A stretch of 64,000 bases of DNA from a bacterium (GTDB lineage Bacteria; Acidobacteriota; Blastocatellia; HR10): assembly GCA_041640655.1 (NCBI GenBank), contig JBEPZV010000001.1, positions 128,001 to 192,000 of the forward strand. The letters are read 5' to 3'. This document shows positions 1 to 9,282 of this stretch, in pieces. The position numbers and the translations under genes were made by a program. Numbering within the stretch: the first letter of the stretch is position 1; each line of letters starts with the position of its first letter. The notes under the pieces are model-generated. The model did no database searches, was not told the origin of the DNA, and was given only the letters and a program-made list of their open reading frames with translations.

Positions 1-2
1 AG

Positions 3-1535
3 CGACCCCGAGAAGACGCCCTCCTGCTGGCCGTGATCTTCCTGATCCTCGTGACGGGCTTCCTCATCGAAGGGTTGCGGATCGCCGCCACGCGCGATCC
101 ATGGGGCCGATGGTCTCCCGTCGGCTGGCTCCTCGCCCAGTGGTTCCACGCGCATTGGGAAGTGGCGATGATGCGGGAGGTGCACCGGTTCCTCTGGTGG
201 TTTCACCTTGTGCTCACCTTCGGATTGATCGCCTGGCTCCCCTACACAAAGCTCCTCCACATCTTCACGGCAGCGGCGAATATCTTCCTGCGCCCTCTGG
301 AACCCGCCCGCGCGCGGCTCGCACCGCTCGATCTGGAGACCGCTCAGACATTGGGCATCACCCGCATCGAGGACTTCACCTGGAAGGACCTGCTCGATCT
401 GGATGCGTGTACCGAATGTGGCCGGTGCCAACAGGAATGCCCTGCGACGGCGACGGGGAAGCCCCTCTCGCCGAAGACGCTCATCCTCGACCTTCGCGAG
501 GCCCTATCCGCCTCGGAGAAGGACAGCGCTCCTCTCATCGGACGATTCATCGGTGAGGAGACGCTCTGGTCGTGCACGACGTGCCTGGCATGCACGCGCG
601 CCTGTCCGGTCTTCATCGAGCATGTGCCGAAGATCGTCGGCATGAGGCGGTACCTCGTGATGGAAGAAGCGCGCGTGCCGGAGCTGATGGCGGAGACGCT
701 GCGGTCGCTCGAGGATCGGGGGCACCCCTTCCGCGGCGCGACACTCTCGCGCACCGACTGGTGCCGCGACCTCTCGATCCCATCCCTTCGAGAGGCCGAC
801 CATGTGGATTTCTTGCTCTGGGTCGGCTGCGCCTCCGCACTCAACGAACGAAATCACCGGGTCGTTCGAGCCCTCGTCCGCGCGCTTCGCGAGGCCGGCC
901 TCCGATTCGCCATCCTCGGCTCAGAAGAACGATGCACCGGCGACCCCGCTCGACGCATCGGAAACGAATACCTCTTCGAGCAGCTCGCGCGCGAGAACAT
1001 CCGCCGCTTGAACGCCTACGGCGTGCGACGGATCGTGACCGTATGTCCGCATTGCTTCAACTGCTTCACCCATGAGTATCCGCACTTCGGCGGACAGTAC
1101 GAGGTGATCCATCACAGCCAGCTCCTGGCTGATCTCGTGCGCGCCGGGCGACTTCATCCCCGACACCCTCACGCCATCGCCGTGACCTATCACGACCCGT
1201 GCTACCTCGGGCGATATAACGACATCTATGACGCACCGCGAGACGTCCTCCGCGCGTGCGCGCGCGACCTGCGCGAGATGTCGCGCTGTCGCGACCGCGC
1301 CTTCTGCTGCGGCGCCGGAGGCGGATTGATGTGGACGGAGGAGCTGGGACGGCGCATCAATCACGAACGCGCGCAGCAGGCGCTCCGGACCGAAGCCCAC
1401 GTCATCGCCGTCTCCTGCCCCTTCTGCCTGATCATGCTCGAGGAGGGCATCACGGCCAAAGCGGAAGGCCGGACCGTCGAGGTCCTCGATATCGCCGAGG
1501 TGCTGGAGCGCACTCTGGACCGGGAGCCCACATGA
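3..1535 (+). CDS. Membrane Fe-S oxidoreductase, FadF/EMO/HdrD-like (NarI-type TM region, two ferredoxin motifs, two CCG domains); 5'-truncated by the window edge
   Basis: TM segment with WWFHLVL; CTECGRCQQECP and CTTCLACTRACP; WVGC, ERCTGD, VCPHC, YHDPCYLGR, CCGAGGG, SCPFC. The frame is open to the window start. Confidence 0.9.
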   Translation, partial: RPREDALLLAVIFLILVTGFLIEGLRIAATRDPWGRWSPVGWLLAQWFHAHWEVAMMREVHRFLWWFHLVLTFGLIAWLPYTKLLHIFTAAANIFLRPLEPARARLAPLDLETAQTLGITRIEDFTWKDLLDLDACTECGRCQQECPATATGKPLSPKTLILDLREALSASEKDSAPLIGRFIGEETLWSCTTCLACTRACPVFIEHVPKIVGMRRYLVMEEARVPELMAETLRSLEDRGHPFRGATLSRTDWCRDLSIPSLREADHVDFLLWVGCASALNERNHRVVRALVRALREAGLRFAILGSEERCTGDPARRIGNEYLFEQLARENIRRLNAYGVRRIVTVCPHCFNCFTHEYPHFGGQYEVIHHSQLLADLVRAGRLHPRHPHAIAVTYHDPCYLGRYNDIYDAPRDVLRACARDLREMSRCRDRAFCCGAGGGLMWTEELGRRINHERAQQALRTEAHVIAVSCPFCLIMLEEGITAKAEGRTVEVLDIAEVLERTLDREPT

Positions 1536-1605
1536 GCCGCCTCGCCCGATGCTTCGACGCCCCCCAGGGAGTGCGCGCCAGCTCCCGCCGGATGAAAAAA
1601 GGGAC

Positions 1606-1634
1606 TTGACTCACGGCGGGACATGTGGTAATTT
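1606..1634 (+). promoter_or_regulatory. Sigma70-type promoter for the large catabolic gene run
   Basis: TTGACT (1606-1611), 17-nt spacer, TAATTT (1629-1634), with extended -10 TG at 1626-1627 and an A-tract upstream, in an AT-rich patch. Confidence 0.7.
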
Positions 1635-1653
1635 ACCAAACGGTTGTTTGATA
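1634..1653. promoter_or_regulatory. Putative TetR-family operator overlapping the transcription start
   Basis: Imperfect palindrome TACCAAACGGTTGTTTGATA; shares its core with the perfect palindrome at 20804-20831. Confidence 0.65.
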
Positions 1654-2033
1654 GCGGATGCGGGTGCGGCGGTGCGAGGACGCGTGCGGGGGGATTCCTG
1701 CAGACGGCGTTCGATCGGACGTGGGCGGATCCTACAACCGAGGGGCTTCCAGAACCGGTTCAGCCTGCGCGACCGGAACGGCGGTAGCGCGCCTCCTCTC
1801 CGCGCGGCTTCCCGGGGAGAGCTCCGGGCTCGCATGTCGGCTCCTCCAGATGGCAGACTCCCGTGTGAAGGCCTCAGGTCACCTCGCTCATCCGGAGACC
1901 CTCGAGGTGCTCCCCGGCGAGATCCCTATGCCGGGGAGCGGGAATCGGCTCCTGCGCCGATCTCGGGGGAGCGCCGAGTGAGGGGGATATTGCCGGAAGA
2001 CCCGCGGCTCTCGATCTCCAGGAGGACAACAGC

Positions 2034-3224
2034 ATGGCGGTCCGACGTATTGATCTGTCCGATATCCCGAACTCCTATTGGTCAGCTATTGACAACCTGA
2101 TGGCTCGCGAGATGTCCGAGGGGACGTTCCGCAAGACCGTCGTCGTGCTCCGGTTCAGCGAGGCGCGACCTGCGCTGAGTATCGGGATCAACGATGACGG
2201 GGATCGAATCCATCCGCGACGCGCCCGCGAGCGTGGGCATACCCCGTTTCGCCACCTCTGCTGCGGGGGCGGGGCCGGAGCGTTCACCGCCGGTTTGCCC
2301 CTGATCCTCTACTACTATCGAAAGCCCTACGAGAAGCCGGCCGTCACCCTCCTCTCAGAATCCACCCGGAACGGCGAGGCCAATGCGCGGGCCCTGCGTC
2401 GGCTCGGCTTCACGGCCGAATACCGGGCGATCGGCGATACGGAGATCCTCATCGGAGAGGCGCGCTACAAGGTCATCGCCAGCTACGCCGGTAACTACGC
2501 TCTGCCCGACTACTGGTCCGCCTGTAGCTCGATCATCTGGAGCCCGATCCCTCCCCAGACGGCCCAGGCCTATATGGAGTGCATCTATCACGACCCGGAG
2601 AAGTTCGAAGATAAGGAGGCGAAGACGCCGCAGGCGCGGATGAAACCGCTTCAGGAGGTGGCCAAACAGCAGGGGATTTCGATACAGTTAGAAGACGTCA
2701 TCGAGGCGGTGATCGAAGAGAACGTGAGGGCCCTCATGGGAGAGCAGACCGTGATCTCCGAGTCCTGGGCGCCGGAGGAGGAAGAGGAGTTGACGCGCAC
2801 CGTGCCCTTCTTCGAGAGCGAGACGTGGATCAAACGACTCTCCACCAAGCACCTCTGCGCGACGGCGCCGGTGGCCAGCCGAGTGGGCGTGGCCGCGTAC
2901 AAATCCCGTAAGCTCATCCGCGCGAGCCTCATCGTCACCGAACACGGGGAGATTCACGATTGCCTGATCACGGGGGATTTCTACTGGAGGCCGCAGCCGA
3001 CGATCTTCTCCTCCGGGGCCTTGGACTATTTCCGCGAGGCTCTGCGCGGTCTCCCCCTGGCTGCGGAAGACGAGATCGCGAAGGCCATCGAAGGCGTCTT
3101 CAATCGACCCGATTTCGAGATGCCGTTGATCCGACCCGAGGACGTCCTCCGCGCGATTCGGAAAGCCGGCGAACGGCTCATCCCCGTCGAGGCGTATCAG
3201 GAGCCGCTCGCAGCGCGCGCGTGA
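2034..3224 (+). CDS. Atypical lipoate-protein ligase A family protein with LplA C-terminal domain
   Basis: PALSIG, HLCCGGGAG (cf. RRxSGGG), YRAIGD..YKV, PEKFEDK, KLIRASL..I..CLITGDFY; AGGAGG RBS. Confidence 0.7.
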   Translation: MAVRRIDLSDIPNSYWSAIDNLMAREMSEGTFRKTVVVLRFSEARPALSIGINDDGDRIHPRRARERGHTPFRHLCCGGGAGAFTAGLPLILYYYRKPYEKPAVTLLSESTRNGEANARALRRLGFTAEYRAIGDTEILIGEARYKVIASYAGNYALPDYWSACSSIIWSPIPPQTAQAYMECIYHDPEKFEDKEAKTPQARMKPLQEVAKQQGISIQLEDVIEAVIEENVRALMGEQTVISESWAPEEEEELTRTVPFFESETWIKRLSTKHLCATAPVASRVGVAAYKSRKLIRASLIVTEHGEIHDCLITGDFYWRPQPTIFSSGALDYFREALRGLPLAAEDEIAKAIEGVFNRPDFEMPLIRPEDVLRAIRKAGERLIPVEAYQEPLAARA

Positions 3225-3252
3225 GGAGAGACTTCTCCAGGGAGAAGCCACC

Positions 3253-4536
3253 ATGCCGGATGCCTATTGGGAGGCCGCGCTGGAGACGATGCCGCGCGAG
3301 CAGCTCCTCCGTTGGCAGGAGGAACACCTGCGGCAGCATCTCGCCTACGTCTATGAGAAATCTCCCTACTATCGGCGCGCGTTCGAGGCGGCCGGGATCG
3401 CGCCCGCGGAGATCACGAACCTGGAGGCGTTCGCGGCCGCCGTGCCCTGCCTCACCAAGATGCAGATCATCGAGGATCAGCGGGAGCATCCCCCGTTTGG
3501 TCGGCTCCTGGCCGTCGAACCGACGGAGCTGATGCGCATCTATTGGTCGCCCGGACCGGAGCTGATCGTCTTCACGCCGCACGACTATGCCTATGTCCTC
3601 GATCTCGCCGCCAAGGCGTTCTACACCTGCGGCGCGCGCCCGCAGGATATCGTGGACGTGACCTGCACGTATCACTGGGTCATCGCGGGGACCGTTATCG
3701 ATGAGGCGTTCCGAAAGATCGGATGCACCGTGATCCCCGGAGGGGCCGGACAGAGCCGAATGCACATTGAGGTCATGCGCGCGACGCGGACGACGGTCCT
3801 GTTCGCCTTCTTCACCTTCGCCGAGGAATTGGGCCGCGTCGCTCGCGAGATGGGACTCGATCCCGCGCGCGATCTCACGCTCCGTCTCGCCATCGTGACC
3901 GGGGAGTTGAGGGCGCGCACGCTGCGTCACGAACTGGAGCAGACCTTCGGCCTTCGAACGCGCGAGATCTACGGGGCGAGCGAAGTCCCCTTCGTGGCGG
4001 CCGAATGCCCCGAAGGCGGCGGCATGCACCTGGATCCTCGCTTCATCGTGGAGGTCCTCGATCCGCAGACGCAACAGCCGGTCGCCGAGGGCGAGAGCGG
4101 CGAGCTGGTGATCACCGATCTCATCAAGCGAGCGCAACCGAGCATCCGCTATCGCACCGGCGACATCACCGAAGGACTGGACCTCACACCCTGCCCGTGC
4201 GGGCGGACGACGCCGAAGATGCGACCGATCCTCGGCCGGGTCGGACAGATCCCCCGAGTGAAAGGGCTCTTCATCGTCCCACGAGAGGTCGAGGAGGTCA
4301 TCCGCCGGTATCCGCAGCTCGGGCGGTTCCAGCTCATTGTGGATCGCCCGGAGATTCGCGATCGGCTCACCATCAAAATCGAGCTGAAATCCCCACCCGA
4401 AGGGACGAACTTGAGGGAGACGCTGCTGCGCGACTTGAAGGAGAAGATACGCGTGACGGCGGATGAGCTCGTCTTCGTTCCCGAGGGGAGCATCCCGGCC
4501 GATGTTCCTCTCGTCGAAGACCTGCGGCGCGTGTGA
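3253..4536 (+). CDS. Phenylacetate-CoA ligase family (PaaK-like) protein
   Basis: YVYEKSPYYR, TGE, EIYGASE, EVLDP, GELVIT, IRYRTGD, GRVGQIPRVKG. Confidence 0.88.
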   Translation: MPDAYWEAALETMPREQLLRWQEEHLRQHLAYVYEKSPYYRRAFEAAGIAPAEITNLEAFAAAVPCLTKMQIIEDQREHPPFGRLLAVEPTELMRIYWSPGPELIVFTPHDYAYVLDLAAKAFYTCGARPQDIVDVTCTYHWVIAGTVIDEAFRKIGCTVIPGGAGQSRMHIEVMRATRTTVLFAFFTFAEELGRVAREMGLDPARDLTLRLAIVTGELRARTLRHELEQTFGLRTREIYGASEVPFVAAECPEGGGMHLDPRFIVEVLDPQTQQPVAEGESGELVITDLIKRAQPSIRYRTGDITEGLDLTPCPCGRTTPKMRPILGRVGQIPRVKGLFIVPREVEEVIRRYPQLGRFQLIVDRPEIRDRLTIKIELKSPPEGTNLRETLLRDLKEKIRVTADELVFVPEGSIPADVPLVEDLRRV

Positions 4537-4570
4537 GTCCGTGGGACGCACCACGTATGTGAGTCGGACT

Positions 4571-5127
4571 ATGAGAGCTCAGGAGCCGCAATCCCCCAAG
4601 CGACCGATCTGGGGCACCCCACGTGGGGACCCTTCTGGTGGAGTCGTCACGATCTCCGGCCGTTCACCCTCAGCGATGAAGAGGCCTGGGAGCTCATCAC
4701 CACCCCGCCCTGGCGTTGCGTGATCGCATGGGTCACACGAGAGAACCAGCCCGTGGTCGCCCCCATGGCGTATCAGGTGCTCGATGGGAAGATCATGCTC
4801 ACCACGACGAAGAACCGAGATAAAGTGAAAGCCTTCCGGCGGAACCCTGCGATCTCCCTCTGCTTTCAGAACGCCAAGGGCTCCAAACCTGTGACCGTGC
4901 GCAGCCGCCTGGACTCCGACGATCCCGAGCTCACCCGCCGCTGGATCACGTCCATCGTGGACAGCTACGGGCATCCCCTGAGTCTGGAAGAGAAGCAGCT
5001 CGACATCGCGCGTTACAGCAGCCCGGATCGGCTCATCCTCATCGTCACGATGGAGGAACTGCTCACCTTCGATCGAGAGAAGATGATCCGGGCCGAGCGG
5101 GAGAACCTCGACGTGTGGGAGACGTGA
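4571..5127 (+). CDS. Pyridoxamine-5'-phosphate-oxidase-like (PPOX, FMN/F420 split-barrel) protein; start uncertain, 5' end possibly frameshifted at the palindrome
   Basis: The frame of ORF 4720-5127 extends upstream as DLRPFTLSDEEAWELI; also TTTKNRDKVKAFRRNPAISLCF. The only nearby ATG with a plausible RBS (4571) is in another frame. Confidence 0.6.
4611..4632 (+). repeat. Short form of the palindromic element
   Basis: GGGGCACCCCACGTGGGGACCC; core identical to the 9241 copy. Confidence 0.85.
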
Positions 5128-5140
5128 CGGAGGATCGCTC

Positions 5141-6037
5141 ATGGCTGCGAAGAAAGCGGACAAGGTGATGACGCTGACCGAAGCCGCGACACTCGTGCGC
5201 GATGGGGACACCGTGGCGCTGCAGGGCATGGGGACGCAGATGAGCCCACTCGCCCTCGTGCGCGAGCTGATTCGGGCGGGCAAGCGCGATCTCACGATCG
5301 TGATGATCGTCGGTGGCATCGGACTCGATTGGCTCATCGCCGCCGGATGCGTGCGCCGCGTCATCGCCATCATCGTCAATCTCGATGAGTTCGGCATGGC
5401 TCACGCCTTCCGCCGAGCCGTGGAGGCCGGGGAGGTCGTCATGGAGGAATACAGCGAGCATCAGCTCCTATCGCGCCTTTTGGCCGGAGCCTATGGGCTG
5501 CCATTCCTCGTCACGCGCGCTGGCCTCGGCACGGACCTGCTCGCCCTGCACCCGGAGACCACGCGAATCATCGCCTGTCCGTTCACCGGACAAGAGGTCG
5601 TCGCCTGCCGAGCGCTCGTGCCGGACGTCGCCATCCTCCACGCGCATCGCGCCGATCGCTACGGCAATGTCCAGTTCTTCCCGAAACCCATCTGGCTCGA
5701 CGCGGACGTCTTCCCCCGCGCCGCGAAGAAGGTCATCGTCACCGTCGAGGAGATCGTCGAGAACGAGGAGATCCGACGCACGCCCATTCATACGGGCATC
5801 CCCTATTTCAAGGTGGACGCCGTCGTCGAGGTCCCCTACGGGGCTCATCCCTGCTCCCTCTACCCCTTCTATGCGTTCGATCGCGCGCTCTTTCAGGAAT
5901 ACGCGACCGCCTCGCGAACGGCGGAGGGCACGCGCGCCTTCTTAGACCGATACGTCTATGGTCCGACGACCCACGCGGAGTACCTGCAGCGAGTGGGAGG
6001 AGCCGAGATGCTCCTCCGCATTCGAAAATGGGAGTGA
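5141..6037 (+). CDS. CoA-transferase family I alpha subunit (GctA/IpdA-like)
   Basis: VRDGDTVALQG, PLALVRELIR, GLDWLIAAGCV, GLPFLVTRAGLGTD, HAHRADRYGN, PYGAHP. Confidence 0.9.
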   Translation: MAAKKADKVMTLTEAATLVRDGDTVALQGMGTQMSPLALVRELIRAGKRDLTIVMIVGGIGLDWLIAAGCVRRVIAIIVNLDEFGMAHAFRRAVEAGEVVMEEYSEHQLLSRLLAGAYGLPFLVTRAGLGTDLLALHPETTRIIACPFTGQEVVACRALVPDVAILHAHRADRYGNVQFFPKPIWLDADVFPRAAKKVIVTVEEIVENEEIRRTPIHTGIPYFKVDAVVEVPYGAHPCSLYPFYAFDRALFQEYATASRTAEGTRAFLDRYVYGPTTHAEYLQRVGGAEMLLRIRKWE

Positions 6038-6041
6038 GCGT

Positions 6042-6848
6042 ATGGCCGAGATCGCCCGCGACTACACGGTGGACGAGCTGATGGTCGTCACACTCGCGCG
6101 ACAGTTCCGGAGCGAGGACATCGTCCTGAACGGCACCGTCTCCTTCATCCCCGTCGCCGCGATCATGCTGGCGCGCGCCACGCACGCGCCGGGACTCACC
6201 TGGGTCGCCGGAGCCGTCGGCGTGGATGCGGACCCCGAACCCCTCTCGGGCAATACGCTCGATCCGACGATGTGGCGCCGATGCGTCATGTATCTGCCAC
6301 AGGAGCACATGTGGTCCTACGTGCATCGCGGCGTCCTGGAGACCTTCTGCATCCGCGGCGCGCAGATCGACAAGTACGGCAACGTCAATAACACGGTCAT
6401 CGGCGAGTACACCCACCCCAGAGTGCGCTTGCCCGGGTCGGCCGGAATGGGCGATATGGGGTCGCTCGATAAACGCATCTTCATCTGGACGACGACGCAT
6501 ACCCCGAGGACGTTCGTGGAGCGCGTGGATTTTCGATCCTGTGCCGGATATCTCGACGGCGGCGATGCGCGCGAGCGGCTCGGATTGAAGAACGGCCCCC
6601 AGTTGGTCATCACCAACCTCTGCGTGATGGACTTCGAACCCGAGAGCAAGCACATGCGGCTCAAGTCGCTGCATCCGGGCGTCACTCTCGACGAGGTTCA
6701 GGCGCAAACAGGATTCCGATTGCTGATCCCCGAGGAGATCCCGCCGACGGAGCCACCGACGGTCGAGGAGATCCGATGGCTGCGCGAGGTCATTGATCCG
6801 CGCGGGATGCGAAAGCTGGAATTCCGCCGCGCTCCCGCGCGCGCCTAG
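6042..6848 (+). CDS. CoA-transferase family I beta subunit (GctB/IpdB-like), lacking the canonical catalytic Glu
   Basis: ELMVVTLAR, ARATHAPGL, GAQIDKYGNVN, RLPGSAG, FVERVDF, LKSLHPGVT. Confidence 0.9.
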   Translation: MAEIARDYTVDELMVVTLARQFRSEDIVLNGTVSFIPVAAIMLARATHAPGLTWVAGAVGVDADPEPLSGNTLDPTMWRRCVMYLPQEHMWSYVHRGVLETFCIRGAQIDKYGNVNNTVIGEYTHPRVRLPGSAGMGDMGSLDKRIFIWTTTHTPRTFVERVDFRSCAGYLDGGDARERLGLKNGPQLVITNLCVMDFEPESKHMRLKSLHPGVTLDEVQAQTGFRLLIPEEIPPTEPPTVEEIRWLREVIDPRGMRKLEFRRAPARA

Positions 6849-6860
6849 AGGCGAACCCTC

Positions 6861-8024
6861 ATGTCAGGCAGAACCATCGCCGGACACGAGAACACCGAGC
6901 GGCCACGCATCGAGGTCGGCGCGCCGGGAGGGATCATGCCTCCCTTTGAGAAAGTCGTCCAACAAGCGCAGCGGGCCGAGGCCCAAGGATACGACGCCGT
7001 CTGGTGGCCCTGCCACCTGATGGGATGGCACCCGCAGGCGATCTGGAAGCCGGAGATCACGCCCTTGGCCGCGACCCAGCCGAACGCCGACACGTACTTC
7101 GACCCCGTGGCGACGATCGCCGCCGTGGGCGTGCACACAACGCGCATCCGACTGGGGATCGGCGTCACCGATGTCATTCGCCGCCATCCGGCCATGCTCG
7201 CGCAGGCCGCCCTCACGCTCGATCACATCACGCGCGGACGCATGATCCTCGGCCTCGGTTCGGGCGAGCGGTTGAACATTACCCCCTACGGCCTCGACTT
7301 CGATCAGCCCGTCTCTCGGCTCGAGGAGGGCCTGGTGATCATCCGCCGCTTATGGGAGTCCGGAGGCCGGCCTGTGGAGTTCACGGGGCGCTTCTGGCGG
7401 CTCGAGAGCGCCGTGCTCGGCCTCCCACCATATGAGGGCCGATTCCCGCCCATCTGGATCGCCGCTCACGGACCGCGCATGCTCCGGCTCACCGGACGCT
7501 ACGCCGACGGATGGCTGCCGACGAAGATGACGCCCTCCGAATATCGGGAGAAGCTCGCGCACATCCGCCAAGCTGCCCGCGAGGCCGGACGCGACCCCGA
7601 AGCGATCACCCCGGGCATGCTCGCCTACGTGCTCGTGGACGAAGATCGCGCGGCCGTCTCCCGAATGATGGACGCGATCCTGGTGAGAGCGCTCTGCTTG
7701 CTCCTCCCCGCAGAGGTGTTCACCCGATTCGGATACGACCCCCCGTTCGGCCCGAAGGCGAGCGGCTTTCACGACTACATCCCCGCGCGCTTCGGATACG
7801 AGGACGCCCTGTCGGCGATTCGCAAAGTGCCGCGCGAGATCGTCGCGTACTTCACGCTCCATGGGACGCCGGAGGAGATCGCCGGACAGATCCACGATCT
7901 CGCGGAGGCCGGTCTCCGACATATCGTGCTCTGGAACATCACCCCCTTCGCCGATCCCGCGCGCACGCGCGCCTCATTTCGGGCGTTGGATCGCGTGAGG
8001 GATCTCGTGTCGGGGAGCCCATGA
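6861..8024 (+). CDS. LLM-class oxidoreductase, Rv2951c-like (probably F420-dependent ketoreductase)
   Basis: VTDVIRRHPAMLAQAALTLDHITRGRMILGLGSGERLNITPYG, IWIAAHGPRMLRLTGRYADGW. Confidence 0.8.
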   Translation: MSGRTIAGHENTERPRIEVGAPGGIMPPFEKVVQQAQRAEAQGYDAVWWPCHLMGWHPQAIWKPEITPLAATQPNADTYFDPVATIAAVGVHTTRIRLGIGVTDVIRRHPAMLAQAALTLDHITRGRMILGLGSGERLNITPYGLDFDQPVSRLEEGLVIIRRLWESGGRPVEFTGRFWRLESAVLGLPPYEGRFPPIWIAAHGPRMLRLTGRYADGWLPTKMTPSEYREKLAHIRQAAREAGRDPEAITPGMLAYVLVDEDRAAVSRMMDAILVRALCLLLPAEVFTRFGYDPPFGPKASGFHDYIPARFGYEDALSAIRKVPREIVAYFTLHGTPEEIAGQIHDLAEAGLRHIVLWNITPFADPARTRASFRALDRVRDLVSGSP

Positions 8025-8040
8025 ACCGGAGGAGAAGGGA

Positions 8041-8811
8041 ATGCGCTTCCTCAACAAGCGAGCCTTGGTGACCGGCGGCGCATCGGGCATCGGACGAGCG
8101 GTCGTCGAGCGGTTCGTCGCCGAGGGAGCGGCCGTCGCCATCAGCGACCTCAATGGCGAAGCCGCGCGCGCCCTGGTCGAGGAGCTGCGCGCCCGCGGCG
8201 CGCGCGTCACCGCTGTCATCGGCGATGTCTCTGAGCTCCGCGACGCCGAGCGCATGGTGGCGGAGGCCGTCGCCTTCCTGGGCGGCCTCGATATCTTGAT
8301 CAATAACGCGGGGATCGAGACGATCGGCTCGGTCACGACCGCCCGGGATGAGGAGTGGGAGCGCCAGATCGCCGTCAATCTCAATGGCGTCTATCGCATG
8401 AGTCGCTTCGCCATCCCCGAGATCATCCGGGCCGGCGGTGGCGCCATCGTCAACATCGCCTCGGTCGGCGGTCTGGTGGCCGTGCGCGAGTTCTCCGCCT
8501 ACGGCGCCTCAAAGGCCGCCGTCATTCAGCTCACGCGCAGCATGGCCGCCGATTACGCCGAGCATGGCATTCGCGTCAATTGCATCTGCCCAGGACCGGT
8601 GGATACCCCGCTGCTTGAGCGCGCCTGTCGGCGCGTCTCGGGCGAGAAAAGCCCGGAGCAGATCCGACAGATGTACGCCGACTTCACGCTCCTCAAACGC
8701 ATCGCGCGACCCGCGGAGATCGCCAGCTGCGTCGCCTTCCTCGCCAGCGAGGAGGCCAGCTATGTGACCGGCGCCGTCTTAGTCGTTGATGGAGGATTCA
8801 CGGCTCAGTGA
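8041..8811 (+). CDS. Short-chain dehydrogenase/reductase
   Basis: TGGASGIG, NNAG, YGASK, CPGPVDT, VDGG. Confidence 0.92.
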   Translation: MRFLNKRALVTGGASGIGRAVVERFVAEGAAVAISDLNGEAARALVEELRARGARVTAVIGDVSELRDAERMVAEAVAFLGGLDILINNAGIETIGSVTTARDEEWERQIAVNLNGVYRMSRFAIPEIIRAGGGAIVNIASVGGLVAVREFSAYGASKAAVIQLTRSMAADYAEHGIRVNCICPGPVDTPLLERACRRVSGEKSPEQIRQMYADFTLLKRIARPAEIASCVAFLASEEASYVTGAVLVVDGGFTAQ

Positions 8812-8839
8812 ACAACGTGAAGAAGGAGGACGACGACCG

Positions 8840-9235
8840 ATGACCCCATCTGAGCAGCTCGTTCGCGCCTATTTCGCCGCCGTGAACCAGACGCACCTTG
8901 AGGCCGTGATCGCGCTCTTCGCGCCCGAGGCCTCGCTGCATTTTCCCATGTCCGAGCCCATCATCGGACGCGAGGCGATCGGTCGGTTCTATGCGACCAT
9001 CCTGCAGTTTTACCCCGAACGGTTCGACGATGTGCGACGGCTCTTCTTCAGCCCCGAGGGCGACGTCGCCGCGGAGATCCACTTCGAAGGCGTGACGCAA
9101 ACCGGACGACGGGTCGTCTTCGACGCCGTGGATCTGTTCACCATCCGGGACGGGCGGATCCAGAAGCTGCAGATCTTCTACGACAGCGCGCGCGTCCTGG
9201 AGATGATCGGAACACTCCCGAACACGTCGAGCTGA
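8840..9235 (+). CDS. SnoaL-like / NTF2-fold (ketosteroid-isomerase-like) protein
   Basis: VRAYFAAVN..LFAPEA..GREAI..DLFTIRDGRIQ; AGGAGG RBS. Confidence 0.85.
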   Translation: MTPSEQLVRAYFAAVNQTHLEAVIALFAPEASLHFPMSEPIIGREAIGRFYATILQFYPERFDDVRRLFFSPEGDVAAEIHFEGVTQTGRRVVFDAVDLFTIRDGRIQKLQIFYDSARVLEMIGTLPNTSS

Positions 9236-9240
9236 CCTCA

Positions 9241-9264
9241 CGGGCACCCCACGTGGGGACCCCG
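9241..9264 (+). repeat. Short (24-bp) palindromic element, intergenic
   Basis: CGGGCACCCCACGTGGGGACCCCG equals the 40-bp element minus its inner 16 nt. Confidence 0.9.
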
Positions 9265-9282
9265 AATGGCGGGGAAGAGCAG

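Noticed and set aside
1549..2100. ORFs 1549-2100 and 1658-1981 as genes
   Set aside because: Arg/Gly/Pro-rich with no motifs; the longer one overlaps the promoter and the next gene.
4534..4536. Sec readthrough of the PaaK-like TGA into the same-frame PPOX-like ORF
   Set aside because: The ligase ends at its normal C-terminus, there is no redox-Cys context, and the intervening peptide is not protein-like.
9241..9264. Palindromes as rho-independent terminators
   Set aside because: No U-tract, and they lie within operons and coding sequences.
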